Positions 36,619 through 51,213 are shown, numbered from the stretch's first letter. The stretch is DNA of 64,000 bases from Octopus sinensis (GCF_006345805.1 NC_043000.1:93310001-93374000), one strand, 5' to 3'. A program made the numbers and translations. Notes: generated by a model from the letters alone, not told the origin.

Positions 36619-38231
36619 TATATACATATACATGTACATACACATGCATATATATGCACACTATTCGTGTATATATGTATGTATATGTATGCATACATAT
36701 ATAAATGTCCAACTCATGCCAACATAGATAACCAACATCTAATGATGACAGTAATGATGATGATGATGTGTGCATAAGGACACACACATATTTATTTATA
36801 TCTGTCTAGAGACATATATATGTGTGTGTGTGTATGTATATATATATATGTATGTATGTAGGTATGTATATATGTGTGTACATATATATATATATGTATA
36901 TGTGTGTGTATATATATGTATGTATATGTGTGTGTGTGTGTATGTATGTATATATATACAAATAATAAGAAAATGGAGAAAACCTCAGATTAACAAGCAC
37001 ATTGATTGGACCACATTTATAGCTTATTTCGTAATACAAAGCATGACATAACAAATATAGCCACTAACTCGGATTACATTATATATATATATATATATAT
37101 ATACATATAGATTATTTTATTTATTAGGGAATAAAAATTCCGGCATCACAGGGATTCAAATAAAATTAATTATTCTCTATAAGGAAATATATGTTATTTA
37201 GATATAGAAGTCCCTATGCGAAACATTAAATCCTAATATACATCACACCATATAATAGAACTTTATTTTAATATTTACTAATCAGTTCTAAATTTCTCTT
37301 CTACACGTGTTTCATGAGGTGCATTTAACGTTCCTTAGACATCAGTCTTTTACAGGAACATGTCTTAACTGCAACCCCAATCGTCAGGACTCTTGATAAC
37401 TTTATTATAATTCAATAACAATTTCTATATTTTAATATTTTAACAGTTACGAATGTAATTAATAGACAAATATGCATGTGTGAAAATAAATTCGCCAAAC
37501 CTTGCTGTGCAAGCCATGATTTAATTGATCAAAAATTTAAAATTTACAAAACTAAATTCAAAGGTGACTTATGCCTATAAATTAATAATATGTTGGAATG
37601 AAAATTATAATATATAATAGTGATTATATAATAATGAAAAGACTATATAATATAGGGATGATAAAATAAACAATGACAAAGAAATATATATTCGAATAAA
37701 AACTATAGTTAAAAGTGGACGTAAACAAATGCGAATGAATGACAAAATGCAAAAATTTACAAATGATAAAATATGATAATTTGCAAAGCAAAAATTAGAG
37801 TGTAATAACGTAAAAATAACGTTAAAAATATCGTAAAACAAATATCGCAAAAATATCGTAAAAAATGTGTACAATCTATCATTGTATAACATGGCATAAA
37901 AACATGATAAAATCAGACGAAGGAATTATCTGGTATAGCCACAACTATTTTCATGAATAATCTTTAGTATGGTGTAACCACAGTTTTATCAAGTGTACCT
38001 TATGCTCAATATTTATAACAGTACATTGCATGTTGAGAATTGTGAAACATATTGCATAGTCTTAAGGATGTTTTGCATAGTGCATACCTGATTTTATTAT
38101 ACTCACAGTAAATATTCTTAATGAAACAGTTGTAGCAACACCAGCTAATCCATTCACCTGTTTTTAATATATATATTAATATGGTGATGTCCTGTACTTA
38201 ATGTGTATTTTATATATATACATATATATAT

Positions 38232-38335
<104 letters not shown>

Positions 38336-38344
38336 AATAAAGGT

Positions 38345-38550
38345 GGGGAGTTGGTAGGAACGTTTGCACACCGGGTGAAATGCTTAGCGGTATTTCGGCT
38401 GTCTTTATGTTCTGAGTTCAAATTCCGCCGAGGTTGACTTTGCTTTCCATCCTTTCAGGATCGATAAATTAAGTACCAGTTGTGTACAGGAGTCGACCCT
38501 AACGACTGGTCCTCTCCCCAAAAATTTCGGGCCTTGTACCTAGAGTTGAA
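38345..38550 (+). mobile_element. SINE-B
   Basis: Family B head and core. Confidence 0.8.
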
Positions 38551-38874
38551 AATTTTATATATATATATATATTATGTATGTATGTATATATCTATATATA
38601 TATTATGTTAAATTGTTTTTACATGTAACTTCACACACACGCACATAAACATAAACACACACCTGAATATATACATATACATACAAACAGACGCCTGAAT
38701 ATGTACATATACATACATATATAAATCCACCCATATACAGATAGTCAGATACGTTGATGAAATGATAGTTATATCATTTCATCTACATATCTGACAATTT
38801 ATTTGTCTATCTAACTCTTTTTCTCTCTCACTATATATATATATATATTCATGTGTGTGTGTATACAAATATTC

Positions 38875-39081
38875 TTATACTTGTATCAGTCATTTGACTG
38901 TGGCCATACTGGAGCACCACCTTTGGTCGAGCAAATTGACCCCAGAACTTATTCTTTGTAAGCCTAGTATTTGTTCTATCAGTCCCTTTTGCTAAATCAA
39001 TAAGTTACTGGGACATAAACTCACCAGCATCAGTTGCCAAGCGATGTTGGGGGGAAAAACACAGACACACAAACAGATACA

Positions 39082-39140
<59 letters not shown>

Positions 39141-39310
39141 GTGCATATGCATATATATGAAGGGCTTATTTCAGTTTCCTTCTACCAAATCCACTCACAA
39201 GGCTTTGGTCCGCCCGAGGCTATAGTAGAAGACACTTGCCCAAGGTGCCAGGCAGTGGGACTGAACCTGGAATCATGTGGTTGGTAAGCAAGCTATTTAC
39301 CACACAGCCA
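38875..39310 (-). mobile_element. SINE-A
   Basis: Family A tail to head on the reverse strand. Confidence 0.85.
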
Positions 39311-39415
39311 CTCCTTATATATATATATATATACATATCTATCTGTATGTATGGAGGAATGGATGGATATACATATATGCCTATGTGTATAAATGTATAT
39401 ATAAGTATATATATA

Positions 39416-39476
<61 letters not shown>

Positions 39477-40244
39477 ATACACACACACAAGCACACAAAC
39501 ATATGCATGTGTATGTAAGGGTTTTTTAAATTCTATGTTTGTATAAATACATAATTTTTGATGTCATTACATGCATATGTATCACATAAATCCTAGCTCC
39601 ACCCTCTAGTTTCTATATAATTGTATTTATACATTTTCTCCACGTCCTGTAACCCCACTTGTTTTTTGTTTTTTTTTTGTAACACACTTTACATACATGA
39701 ATGGGTCGTGATGGCAAATAAATGAAACACTTACTATTAGTATGTTAGGGCAATGGATGACATAAGTGGTGGAGCACCATACAAAATGCCTCTTTGTATT
39801 TAATTACATTTGTGGCGCTTTGCCAGAGTTAGATATTCCGTTAGAAACATTTTGCCAATCCTAGAAATTGTTACAAGTGTGTTAGAGGTAGTGAGTTGTA
39901 GGAATGGTAAAGTGTTTCACTAAACGTGTAAGAAGAACATCACATGGTAAAAAAAACTGGTGAAGCATGGCAATCAGTCATGTTATGAGTTCAATTTTTC
40001 TCTTCAGTACCTGTGAAATATATGTGCTGATTCGTCATAATCCTCATCATCAATACCACCACCACCACCACCACCACCATCATCCTTGTCGCTGTTGCCA
40101 TCATCATCATCATTGTTATCATCCTCATCATCATAACCATCATCATATTCACCTTCATCATCATCATCATTGTCATCATTATCATCATCATCATCATCAT
40201 CATCACTGCTGTAAAAGAATAAAAGAATATATATTCTTTTATTC

Positions 40245-40495
40245 TTTTAATTATTTCAGTCATTTGACGGCGGCCCTACTGGAGCACCACCTTTAGCTGA
40301 ACAAATTGACCCCAGAACTTATTCTTTGTAAGCCTGGTACTTATTCTATCAGTCTCTTTTGCCAAATCGTTAAGTTACGGGGATGTAAACTCGCCAACAT
40401 CAGGTAGTGGGTGGACAAACGCAGACACACAAATACACACATACACCAAAAACACACGTGCACACACACATATATGTATTTATGTATATACATAC

Positions 40496-40544
<49 letters not shown>

Positions 40545-40690
40545 ACAGACTTCTTTCAGTTTCTGTCTATCAAATCTACTCATAAGGTTATGGTCAGCCT
40601 GAGGCTAAAGTAGAAAACACCTGTCTAAGGTGCCATGCAGTGGGACTGAACCTGGAACCATGTGGTTCTTAATACACAGCCACGTCTGCA
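40245..40690 (-). mobile_element. SINE-A
   Basis: Family A on the reverse strand. Confidence 0.8.
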
Positions 40691-40692
40691 CC

Positions 40693-40782
<90 letters not shown>

Positions 40783-41180
40783 TAGTACGTTTAAATATTT
40801 GTTGTGCAAGATTTTTTATGTGAAGTCGTGTGTTGAAACAGATATTGTTATATTTCGGAATGGTCATATTGCCAGTATAGCCAATAAAAACACACGCACT
40901 ATATATTTGGTGTTATTTTGCTTCAGTGATATTTATTTTTTACATTAATCTTAATCTTATTTCGGCCAGAGTTCTTTCGTCACACTCCTGTGACCGCATC
41001 AGTGGTCCTTTGTTTTCTTCTTTTGTATTTGTGTCTCTCCTTACTAACCGTCAGCCATTTTGTATTTCTATTGTATGTCTTCATTTGCGCACGCTTATTT
41101 CTCTATGTGCGTCTATGTTTATTTAGTGTGCGTGTGTGTGGGGGATGCCTGTAATATTTGTATCTTCTGTTTATATACAT

Positions 41181-41790
41181 GAACACTATAGAAAGGACAA
41201 AACAGAAAATAGGGAAGGACAACTCTTGGTATGTTAACCATAAATACCAGAGTGTCATGTTTGTTGACACCACCCCTGGAGGTGAACTGGCGTACCACTT
41301 TAGAAGGACCCTAGATAAACTTAAACTAAGAATTAAGGTTGTTGAAAAGCCAGGCAACCCTATCAAATCTATAATTGGTAGAACCTATCCTTTTAGTAGA
41401 ACCCTCTGTACGGATAACTATTGCACTGTATGTAGATTTAGCCCACAAACAAACTGTAAAGCCAGAAATGTAGTCTATAGTATAAGATGTATAGAGGGAC
41501 GATGCAGTAACAAGACAATAACATACGTAGGGGAAACGGCAAGAAGCATAGGAGAGCGGGTGAATGAACATTGGAGACAACTGAAGGAAGGTAAAAGCTC
41601 GTCGATTCTGTACCAACACGCCGAACAGGAACACGGGGGATCAATCAATAACATAGAGATTAAGATATTGTCCACACATAGAACAGATGCAACAATTAGA
41701 CAAATTACAGAAGCTACACATATAATAGAAAATAAACCTAGCCTGAATAGAAAACTAGAATGGAGCAATAGCACACACCACAACATATGA
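41181..41790 (+). pseudogene. PLE GIY-YIG endonuclease domain with upstream Cys linker, 5'-truncated but open
   Basis: CTVC..NCKARNVVYSIRC..C..TYVGETARSIGERVNEH..SILYQHAEQEH..RQITEATHIIENKPSLN. Confidence 0.9.
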
Positions 41791-42290
41791 CGATAGAGGA
41801 TCCCAAAAACATAATAAATAAATACACAGATAAATAAACAAATAGAAATGAATAACTATATATATGTATATATATCTATGTATGTATATGTATGTATATA
41901 TATATATGAATAACTATATATATGTATATATATCTATGTATGTATATATATATATATATATAATATATATTTTTTTTTTATTAGATTTATTATTATTATT
42001 ACTAATATTGTTGTTATACATACATACAAGCATATGTAATGATAATAATGGGTGGATGTAAACACATGAACAAAATTAGAACAAAAGCAACAACAACAAA
42101 ACAAAATACAAATTACATGAATGTATATAAACAGAAGATACAAATATTACAGGCATCCCCCCACACACACACACACTAAATAAACATAGACGCACATAGA
42201 GATATAAGCATGCGCAAATGAAGACATACAATAGAAATACAAAATGGCTGACGGTTAGTAAGGAAGACACAAATACAAAGAAGAAAACAA

Positions 42291-42335
42291 GGACCACTGA
42301 TGCGGTCACAGGAGTGTGATGAAAGAACTCTGGCC
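42291..42335 (+). ncRNA. Variant hammerhead-like motif in the PLE pLTR (mirror at 40964-41008, -)
   Basis: GGACCA CUGAUGC G GUCACA GGAG UGUGA(C/U) GAAAG AA CUC UGGCC; A9 replaced by C in both arms. Confidence 0.45.
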
Positions 42336-42449
42336 GAAATAAGATTAGGATTAATGTAAAAAATAAATATCACTTAAGCAAAATAACACCAAATATATAG
42401 TGCGTGTGTTTTTATTGGCTAAACTGGCAATATGACCATTCCGAAATAT

Positions 42450-42510
<61 letters not shown>

Positions 42511-43110
42511 ATATATATATGCATTTTAAATTGATGTAATGATTGTATTGTTCAATTAAATGGAGTTGCATGATTCGATTGTACTGCATTACCTCTGGAT
42601 ATCCTTGTTGCTTATTTTGCTTTATACTTATATATATATATATATATTCTGAGTTCAAATCCTGTGAAAGTCAATTTTGATTTTTATCCTTTCAAGGTCA
42701 GTAAAATAAAGTATCAGACAAGTACTGAGATTGATGACATTATCTTATCCCTTGACCTTAAATTTCTAGACTTTTGTCTACATTCGAAAACCATTAAAGG
42801 CATCAACCTTGCAGAAGCATTAAAGCAATGACAAAATGCTTTGCAGTATGTGTTTTGATTGCTGTTAAGATCGTAAGCTGGAAGAATCAATCGTTTGTAC
42901 ATCAAGCAAAATGCTTTAGGAACATTTTGCCTGTCTTTATATTCTGAGTTCAAATTCTGATGTGGCTGACTTTGCCTTTCATCTTTTCAGGGTTGACAAA
43001 ATAAAGTACCAGTCGAACATTGGGTTTGATGTAATTGACTTAAAACCATTCCTGAAATTGCTGGCCTTGTGCCAAAATTTGAAACCGTTATTATTATTGT
43101 TCATATTGAT

Positions 43111-43900
43111 ATTGAGTGAGAGTGCAATACATGCCATTAAAGTGACGCTGGGGTACAGATATATGAAGCCCAATATACCCATCATGACTACCCGTCTGAT
43201 AAGGGTACACCAGGCACATGCATCACAACCATATGTGCATGACAGTAATCATATATCAAGACAAACAGTGCATGACTTTGCAGGTAGGGCCCAGTGAGAA
43301 TTTTCTTCAGGTTGAGTAGCCCATCTCACTCAAAAGGTCCCTGAATGAGGAGTGTTTACAGATGAATAAAAAACTCATATTTCCAGATGTGAATTATTCA
43401 AACCCCAAAGAATTCCTCTCGACACATGGCTATGATGCTCCCCCACTACTTCTGCTCGTGATCAGAGATGCACATATCGTCAGCCACTAAGAGACATGCT
43501 CAACTGGTTAAGGTCAAACAACTGACAAGTAAATCTGTGGTATTGAGCAGAATATTTGCTGTAGCCTATCTTTTATATCAAGACAAAGCAATGTACATGA
43601 TAACACTTCCAATCAGTTAAGATCAGAAGTCATGAGAGCCACTGCATCATCATCATCATCATCATCATCATCATTATTATTGTTGTTGGCAGTGAGTTGG
43701 CAGGATCATTAGCACACTGGGCAAATTACTTAGTAGCATTGCATCTGTCTTTAAATTCTGAGTTCAAATTCCGTCAAGGTCAACTTTACCTTGCATCCTT
43801 TCGTGATCAATGAATTAAGTACCAGTGAAAAGCTGGGGTAAATGTAATCGACTACTCCCCTCCCCCCAAATTTCCAGGCTTTATGCCTATAGTAGGAGGA

Positions 43901-43956
<56 letters not shown>

Positions 43957-44800
43957 TATTATTATTATATTTATTATTATTATTATTATTGAGTGAGCGA
44001 GCAGAGCATGCCATCAAAGTGACACTTGGGGTAAATAGACGAAGCCCAGTCTACCCACATGCTAACTGCTCCTGATAAGGTACACCAGCACATGCTCACA
44101 ACCATATGTGCGCGACATGGTGATCTCATATCAAATAAACAGCACTGACCTTGCAGTGGAGCCCATTTTAGAATTTTCTTCAGATCGAGTAACCATCCGC
44201 TCAAAAGGTCCCTGAATAAGGGTTGTTTAAGGACGTTTAACAAACACCCATGTTTCCCGAGGTGAATTATTCAAACCCCAAAGAATCCCTCTCAACACAT
44301 GGCTATGATGCTCCCTCCCACTACTACTTCTGCTCGTGATCAGAGAATGCACATATCGTCACCACAATGACATGCTCAACGGTTTAAGGTCAAACACTGA
44401 CAAAGCACAATCTGTGGTATTGATGCGATATTTGCTGTAGCCTATCTTTTATACAAGACAAAGCAATGTACATGATACACTTCAATCATTAAGATCAGAA
44501 GTCATGAGAGCCACTGCATCATCATCATCATCATCATCATTATCATCATCATCATTATTATTGTTGTTGGCAGTGAGTTGGCAGGATCATTAGCACACTG
44601 GGCAAATTACTTAGTAGCATTGCATCTGTCTTTAAATTCTGAGTTCAAATTCCGTCAAGGTCAACTTTACCTTGCATCCTTTCGTGATCAATGAATTAAG
44701 TACCAGTGAAAAGCTGGGGTAAATGTAATCGACTACTCCCCTCCCCCCAAATTTCCAGGCTTTATGCCTATAGTAGAAAGGATTATTATTATTATTATTA

Positions 44801-44880
<80 letters not shown>
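43111..44880. repeat. Tandem duplication (period about 877 bp): unclassified repeat, (CAT)n, SINE-B, (ATT)n
   Basis: Units start at 43111 and 43988; the SINE-B halves are nearly identical, while the first half of copy 2 has many 1-bp indels. Confidence 0.8.
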
Positions 44881-44890
<10 letters not shown>

Positions 44891-45774
44891 TGTTGTTGTT
44901 TTTTTTTTCTTGCAATATATCCCACCAAGTATGGATGGAAGAATGTCAGAAAGCTGACAAAACTCACAGCCAAACCGATATCTTCATTCAAGAATCATGC
45001 AGAGAATTTAACAGCTGTTGTTTAATCTTCGTAGGACCTTTTTACCTGCTTTACAAACTTTTACCACTTCTTTCCATACTGTTTTTTTTTCCTTTTTTTT
45101 CTTTTTTTTTTTAAACATAGCTTTCATGACTTCACTGTATTTATAATTCTTGTTTTGATTATTTTTTGTAAAATACCATTTTTTTAGTTTTATTTAAATG
45201 TGTTGCAGGGGGTTTGCTTTTTAAAAAATATTTTTGTCCTATATTGCTGTTCGTTTTTTTTTTTTCCATTTTCGTTCATTTGTTTCTTTTGTTGTTTTTT
45301 GTTGCCTTTTCTTTTTAAACCTGTATTGGTATCTTGATAGTTGTTTAAGCATGTCATTTCCACATTTATTGGTTGTGTGAGAAGACTAAGAGAAATTTGT
45401 ACAAGGGTCCTTTGTGACCTTTAGTGGCCACCACATGCCACCAGTTTGAATGGTTCTTTCTTCTTTTTCAACAAAAGAGAAAGAAAAGAGGGGAGAAAAA
45501 TATTTGTGGTCAACTCATATATGACATGTAAACTTCATGGTGTAGTAAAAATGAGAGAAAAAAATACCAGAAAAATTAAAACTGAGATTACTTTCATCAT
45601 CATAGTTGGCAATGAGAATGTTTAAAAATGATAGTGGTGGTCATGGTGGTGGCGGTGGCGGTGGTGGTTGTAGTGGTGGTAGTGGTGATGGTTGTAGTAG
45701 TTTGTGTATGTTGTATTGCAATGGTAAGCTCACTCTCATTCCACTAAATCTAAATGCTATGATATAGTACCTAT

Positions 45775-46000
45775 TTCTTTACTACCTACAAGGGGCTAAA
45801 CGCAGAGAGGACAAACAAGGACAGACAAACAGATTAAGTCGATTATATCGACCCCAGTGCGTAACTGGTACTTATTTAATCGACCCTGAAAGGATAAAAG
45901 GCAAAGTCAACCTCGGCAGAATTTGAACTCAGAACGTAGCGGCAGACGAAATACTGCTAAGCACTTCGCCCGGCGTGCTAACGATTCTGCCAGCTTGTTG
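45775..46000 (-). mobile_element. SINE-B, well conserved
   Basis: Full family B match. Confidence 0.88.
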
Positions 46001-46379
46001 CCCACTATGATATAGTACCACTTCCATCAAAGCAAAATGCTACCATTCTTTTTTCTTTTCTTTAGAACCAACAAGGGATCACATAGCCTCTACCTGGTCT
46101 CTTTAAAAGCTAGAAATAGTGACCAAATTACCTTCAAAATTATAAGATAATATCATGTCAAGTTACTGAAGTATGCTTAAGATGTTTTTGATAATTATGG
46201 ATATTTTGTTTAATTGCAGGTAGTGTGTGATGAAGAAACTCACTTCCCTAGCATGTGATCTTGGGTTCGGTTCCACTGCATAGCACCTTGGGCGGGTGTC
46301 TTCTACCAATGTCTTGTTAGTGGATTTCATAGATGGAAACTGAAAGCAGCCCACCCTCGTCATTATTGTCATCACCATC

Positions 46380-46765
46380 ATCATCATTTAACAAATGTTG
46401 TCCATGCTGGCATGGTTGGAGGGTTTGCCCAGAGCTGCCAAGCTAGGGAGCTGCACCAGACTGCAGTCTGATTTGGCATAGTTTCTATGGCGGGATGCCC
46501 TTCCTAACGCCGACCACTTTACAAGAGCACTTTTACATGGCATACCATGGGCCTGTTTTATGTGGCACTGCCATGAGTGCTTTTTATGTGGGACTGGTAG
46601 AAGACTCTTGCAGATCAATACTCACCACCAGGAGGACCAGCCTTAACACTTCTGCTGTGGAGTACTGGTCTTCGGAGTACAACAAGGCAACAGTGATCTT
46701 CAGCACTTCTTCCCATGTCTTCTTGGGTCTCCTACTTTCATGTGTTCTATCTACTTTAAAAGATG
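46380..46765 (-). mobile_element. Old RTE 3' fragment
   Basis: SRRPKKTWEEVLK coding end plus the RTE-type tail ending in (GAT)n. Confidence 0.7.
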
Positions 46766-46917
46766 TGTGTGTGTGCGTGTGTGCATGTGTGTGCATGTGT
46801 GTGTGTGTGTGTGCGTGTGTGCGTGTGTGTGTATGTGTGTGTGTGTGTGTGTATAGGCAAATCAAAAATAAAATCAAAAAGGGGAAAAGAAGAAAATTCA
46901 AAAGTTCATACATAGGC

Positions 46918-47310
46918 ATAGGAGTGGCTGTGTGGTAAGTAGCTTGCTTACCAACCACATGGTTCCGGGTTCAGTCCCACTGCATGGCACCTTGGGAAAG
47001 TGTCTTCTACTATAGCCTCAGGCCGACCAAAGCCTTGTGAGTGGATTTGGTAGACGGAAACTAAAAGAAGCCTGTCGTATATATGCATATATATGTGCGT
47101 GAGTGTGTGTGTGTTTGTGTGTCTGTGTTTGTTCCCCCAACATCACTTGACAACTGATGCTGGTGTGTTTACATCCCCATAACTTAGCGGTTTGGCAAAA
47201 GAGACTGATAGAATAAATACTAGGCTTACAAAGAATAAGTCCTGGGGTCGATTTGCTCGACTAAAAGTGGTGCTCCAGTATAGCCACAGTCAAATGACTG
47301 AAACAAGTAA
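46918..47310 (+). mobile_element. SINE-A, near-consensus copy
   Basis: aggagtggctgtgtggtaagtagc..gggttcagtcccac..aaacaagtaaaagag. Confidence 0.9.
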
Positions 47311-47744
47311 AAGAGTATAGGAATCGATTTATTCAACTAAAATCCTTCAAGGCAAAGCAAAGCCCCAGCATCTGCCACAGTCTAATGACTGAAACAAGAA
47401 AAAGATAACCGAAAAAAAAATAAAGGATAAATGATGAAGAAAGTATGAGTAATGCACCCACATCTATATGCTTGATGATGCATATACATCAGGCTAATAT
47501 AAAAATAAGGTCTCCAGTTTCATTCTGAGTTTAGTATAAAAATAAGACATCCAATGAGAATCAGTCCTCATATTCTTTCACTCTTTTGTTTGTTTCAGTC
47601 ATTAGACTTCAGCCATGCTGGGGCACTATAAACATAGCATACATGTATGTTTTAAAATGGTTTACCTCGAAAATTGAGGTTAATCATTTGGAAAAATATA
47701 TATGTAATCTTATAAGCAATAGCTCATTTAATATATTTAAGTAT

Positions 47745-48197
47745 TTAGGTGGTGAGCTGGCAGAATCGTTAGTACACTGGGGGGAAATGCTTAGTGATAT
47801 GTCATCTGCCATTACATTCTGAGTTCAAATTCTGCTGAGGTCAACTTTGCCTTTCATCCTTTCGGGGTCAATTAAATAAGTACCAGTTATGCACTGGGGT
47901 CGATGTAATCGACTTAATCCTTTTGTCTGTCCTTGTTTGTCCCCTCTATGTTTTGCCCCTTGTGGACAATAAAGAAATAAGAATCGTTAGCATGCTGGGG
48001 GAAATGCTTAGCTATATTTCGTCTGCCATTACGTTCTGAGTTCAAATTCCGCCAAAGTCGACTTTGCCTTTCATCCTTTCGGAGTCGATTAAATAAGTAC
48101 CAGCTACACACTGGGGTCAATATAATCGACTTAATCCCTTTGTCTGTCCTTGTTTGTCCCCTCTATGTTTAGCACCCTGTGGGCAATAAAGAAATAA
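47745..48197 (+). mobile_element. SINE-B head-to-tail dimer
   Basis: Units 47745-47980 and 47981-48197, both ending caataaagaaataa. Confidence 0.85.
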
Positions 48198-49329
48198 ATG
48201 TATTTAAGTATTTTCTTTATTAACAATTCATCGCTGATATTTAAACATGTCGTGAATTTTATAAACATAAATAAATCATGAGATAAAATGCTCTCCGAAA
48301 GAGTATCAATACACTAATATGGTTTCTATTCCAACAATATTTCAACGATATCATTGATAGATTGTTTGTATGTCGAGTTTGTAGATTCATTATTTAAATA
48401 AAAACTGCAAAAAAAAAGAAAAGAAGAAAATGAAAAATAACATATTTAAAATTTAAATGACATTCATCATATTTACCATAAATTTATGAAATTAATTAAT
48501 ACAGTTTGATCTGTAATTTATATTTTAACGATGATAAAAAAAATTTTTTTCAAAATAAAATGATCTGAAAACTCATCAGAAGACTTTTCAATAAAACTAA
48601 ATGCAACTTTTTTTATATTTGTTTGTTTTTTTGAACATGTTCTTCCTATTTTGAAAATATTGAAGTAAAATGATTTATTTTTTTGTACTGACATTGACAC
48701 GTCATTTTGACATATTCTTTAAACAATATTTCCTTCTCCCCATCCTCCTCCTTCTCATCATCATCATCATCATCATCATCCTCATCATCATCAATCCTCA
48801 TCATTAATGCCCAGTTTTCCATGCTTGCATGGGTCGGGTGGTATTTGTTGAAGTAGATTTTCTTAGTCCGGACCCCCTTCCTGTTATTCAACCTGCACCT
48901 GTTTCTGAGAAAGGTGTTACTTCTCTCAGACCAGACATGTTTTTCTCAGAAGACTGGAAGCAAACACAATACTGGTCTTATGATGGTGATGTTTGTTTAC
49001 AACCATCACACGATATCAAGATAAGAGTACACACAAACACACACACACACACACACACACAAACAAACATACACACACATAAACACACACGCAAACACAC
49101 ACACACATATAGTTCAAATTTACAGAAAACAAAAAATAAAGACAGGTGAAGGAACATCGAGAAGGTGTATTAGTTTAACACTCAGGAAGACTGGAATAGT
49201 CTTTGAGATTTTTAGCCTACACTTTGTAACAGAAGAGGTTGAAGAAAAAAGAACAGAGAGAGTAAAAAAATGAAGAGAGAAAAAATGTGTAGTGATTAAC
49301 CGTTCAACATGATGAAATACATATATATA

Positions 49330-49362
<33 letters not shown>

Positions 49363-49373
49363 ATATATATATT

Positions 49374-49691
49374 TTTTTATGTTCTTGTTTCTCATTGTGT
49401 CTACATGTTTTTGATGTCCAGTACCCATATATGCATGTATATATACATATATATGTAGGTATGTACATATATGTATGTATATATGCATATATTTATGTAT
49501 TATTATATTATTATTATCATATGTATATATATATATATATACATATGATAATAATAATATAAATAATACATAAATATATGCATATATACATACATATATG
49601 TACATACCTACATATATATGTATATATACATGCATATATGGGTACTGGACATCAAAAACATGTAGACACAAGAGAAACAAGAACATAAAAA
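49374..49691. repeat. Near-perfect palindrome centred on (TA)n near 49532, at the end of a pLTR-like repeat (49540-50170, -)
   Basis: tttttatgttcttgtttctc..gtacccatatatgcatg pairs with catgcatatatgggtac..gagaaacaagaacataaaaa. Confidence 0.88.
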
Positions 49692-50270
49692 GCAAAAACA
49701 TAGAAAACGAACATTTTTTCGAACAACAGAAAAAAACAAACAGAAAAACGAGACATGCTACATAAAGAATATTCCCTTCATCAGTTGTCCTTGTTTTATC
49801 TACTCCGCATTCAGAAGGTAAGGTCAGTCCTTCATGCAAAGCAAATGAAATAAAATTTGGAGTTTTTGTGGAGGGTGAAAGTGGTATCAAAAACAGGACA
49901 GTGAGAACAAAACAGTAAAAACAAATGGTGAGGGCTGTTAAGCCAAGACGATGTGAAGTGGTGAACACTGGAAAAACAAACTTTGAGAAGAGACAGATAA
50001 AAGCACATCTTGTCTTTAAGAAGGAAGTGGAAGAGAGAAAGTTCAATGGCCATTGGCCACATGTGAGCAACAAGAGAGTCAAGGAGGAAGAGTGAGAGAG
50101 AGGAAACGGTGAAGGGGAGAGGAGAAGAATAGGGAAAGGTTGAGAGAGAATACAGAATGTAAGATATATATATAGATATATATATATATATATATATATA
50201 AACCAGCTTAGAGAAGAAGAAGAAATGAAATGAAACGAATCGAATCAACGCGAAGGCGCTCAGTCATACA

Positions 50271-51155
50271 ATAGTGTAATAAATAAAATATATGCATACA
50301 TACAAACATATATGTACGTAACTACATCTACATGTATATATACATGCATATATAAATATATATATACGTGTGTACAGGACACCACAAATAGACATAGAAC
50401 TCAACGAGAAACGAAAACGTAAAAACAGCATAGAACGGACCATTCCTTTAACAACGAAAAAACAGAGTACAAGACAACTACACAAGGAAAAATCCCCTTC
50501 ATCAGCCGTCCCTAGTTCAACTCCAGCGTGTTTCGAAGGTGAGGACAGAACACATCTCGTTGAACTAGTCCTTCCTGCGAAAGAATTAAATAAAATTTCT
50601 TTGCAGAGGGGTAAAAACAAGGAAAAAATGTGACAAAAATAGGACGTAAAAACAATACAATTAAAAACAAATACAAAATAAAAATACAATTACAAGAAGT
50701 CCTGTTTCTATTCCTTCTTGTACTGTATTTCTTGTAATTGTATTTTTATTTTGTATTTGTTTTTAATTGTATTGTTTTTACATCCTGTTTTTGTCACATT
50801 TTTTTCCTTGTTTTTACCCCTCTGCAAAGGAATTTTATTTAATTCTTTCGCAGGAAGGATTAGTTCAACGAGACGTGTTCTGTCCTCACCTTCGAAACAC
50901 GCTGGAGTTGAACTAGGGACGGCTGATGAAGGGGATTTTTCCTTGTGTAGTTGTCTTGTACTCTGTTTTTTCGTTGTTAAAGGAATGGTCCGTTCCATGC
51001 TGTTTTTACGTTTTCGTTTCTCGTCGAGTTCTACGTCTATTTGTGGTGTCCTGTACACACGTATATATATTTATATATGCATGTATATATACATGTAGAT
51101 GTAGGTACGTACATATATGTTTGTATGTATGCATATATTTTATTTATTACACTAT
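50271..51155. repeat. Palindrome with about 428-bp arms and a 30-bp spacer
   Basis: 50271-50698 vs 50729-51155; the ORF track gives near-identical peptides on opposite strands. Confidence 0.93.
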
Positions 51156-51213
51156 ATATATATATATATATATATAATAGTGTAATAAATAAAATATATG
51201 CATAAATACATAT

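Larger units (their letters stand above)
40842..42457 (+). mobile_element. 5'-truncated Penelope-like element with an inverted pseudo-LTR
   Basis: Inverted arms 40842-41180 and 42121-42457 flank a GIY-YIG ORF; (TA)n lies near both ends. Confidence 0.88.

Noticed and set aside
37295-37350. Minus-strand CUGAUGU..GAAACACGUGUA motif
   Set aside because: Core mismatch and no stem I pairing.
46918-46990. tRNA genes at SINE heads
   Set aside because: A and B boxes are present, but there is no acceptor stem and the sequence continues into SINE bodies.
50885-50960. Type II hammerhead from ccttcGAAAC..CUGAUGAagg
   Set aside because: No stem I hairpin or consistent UH site across the four related copies.
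50370-51058. Paired 87-aa and 116-aa ORFs on opposite strands
   Set aside because: A by-product of the palindrome; no recognisable domain.
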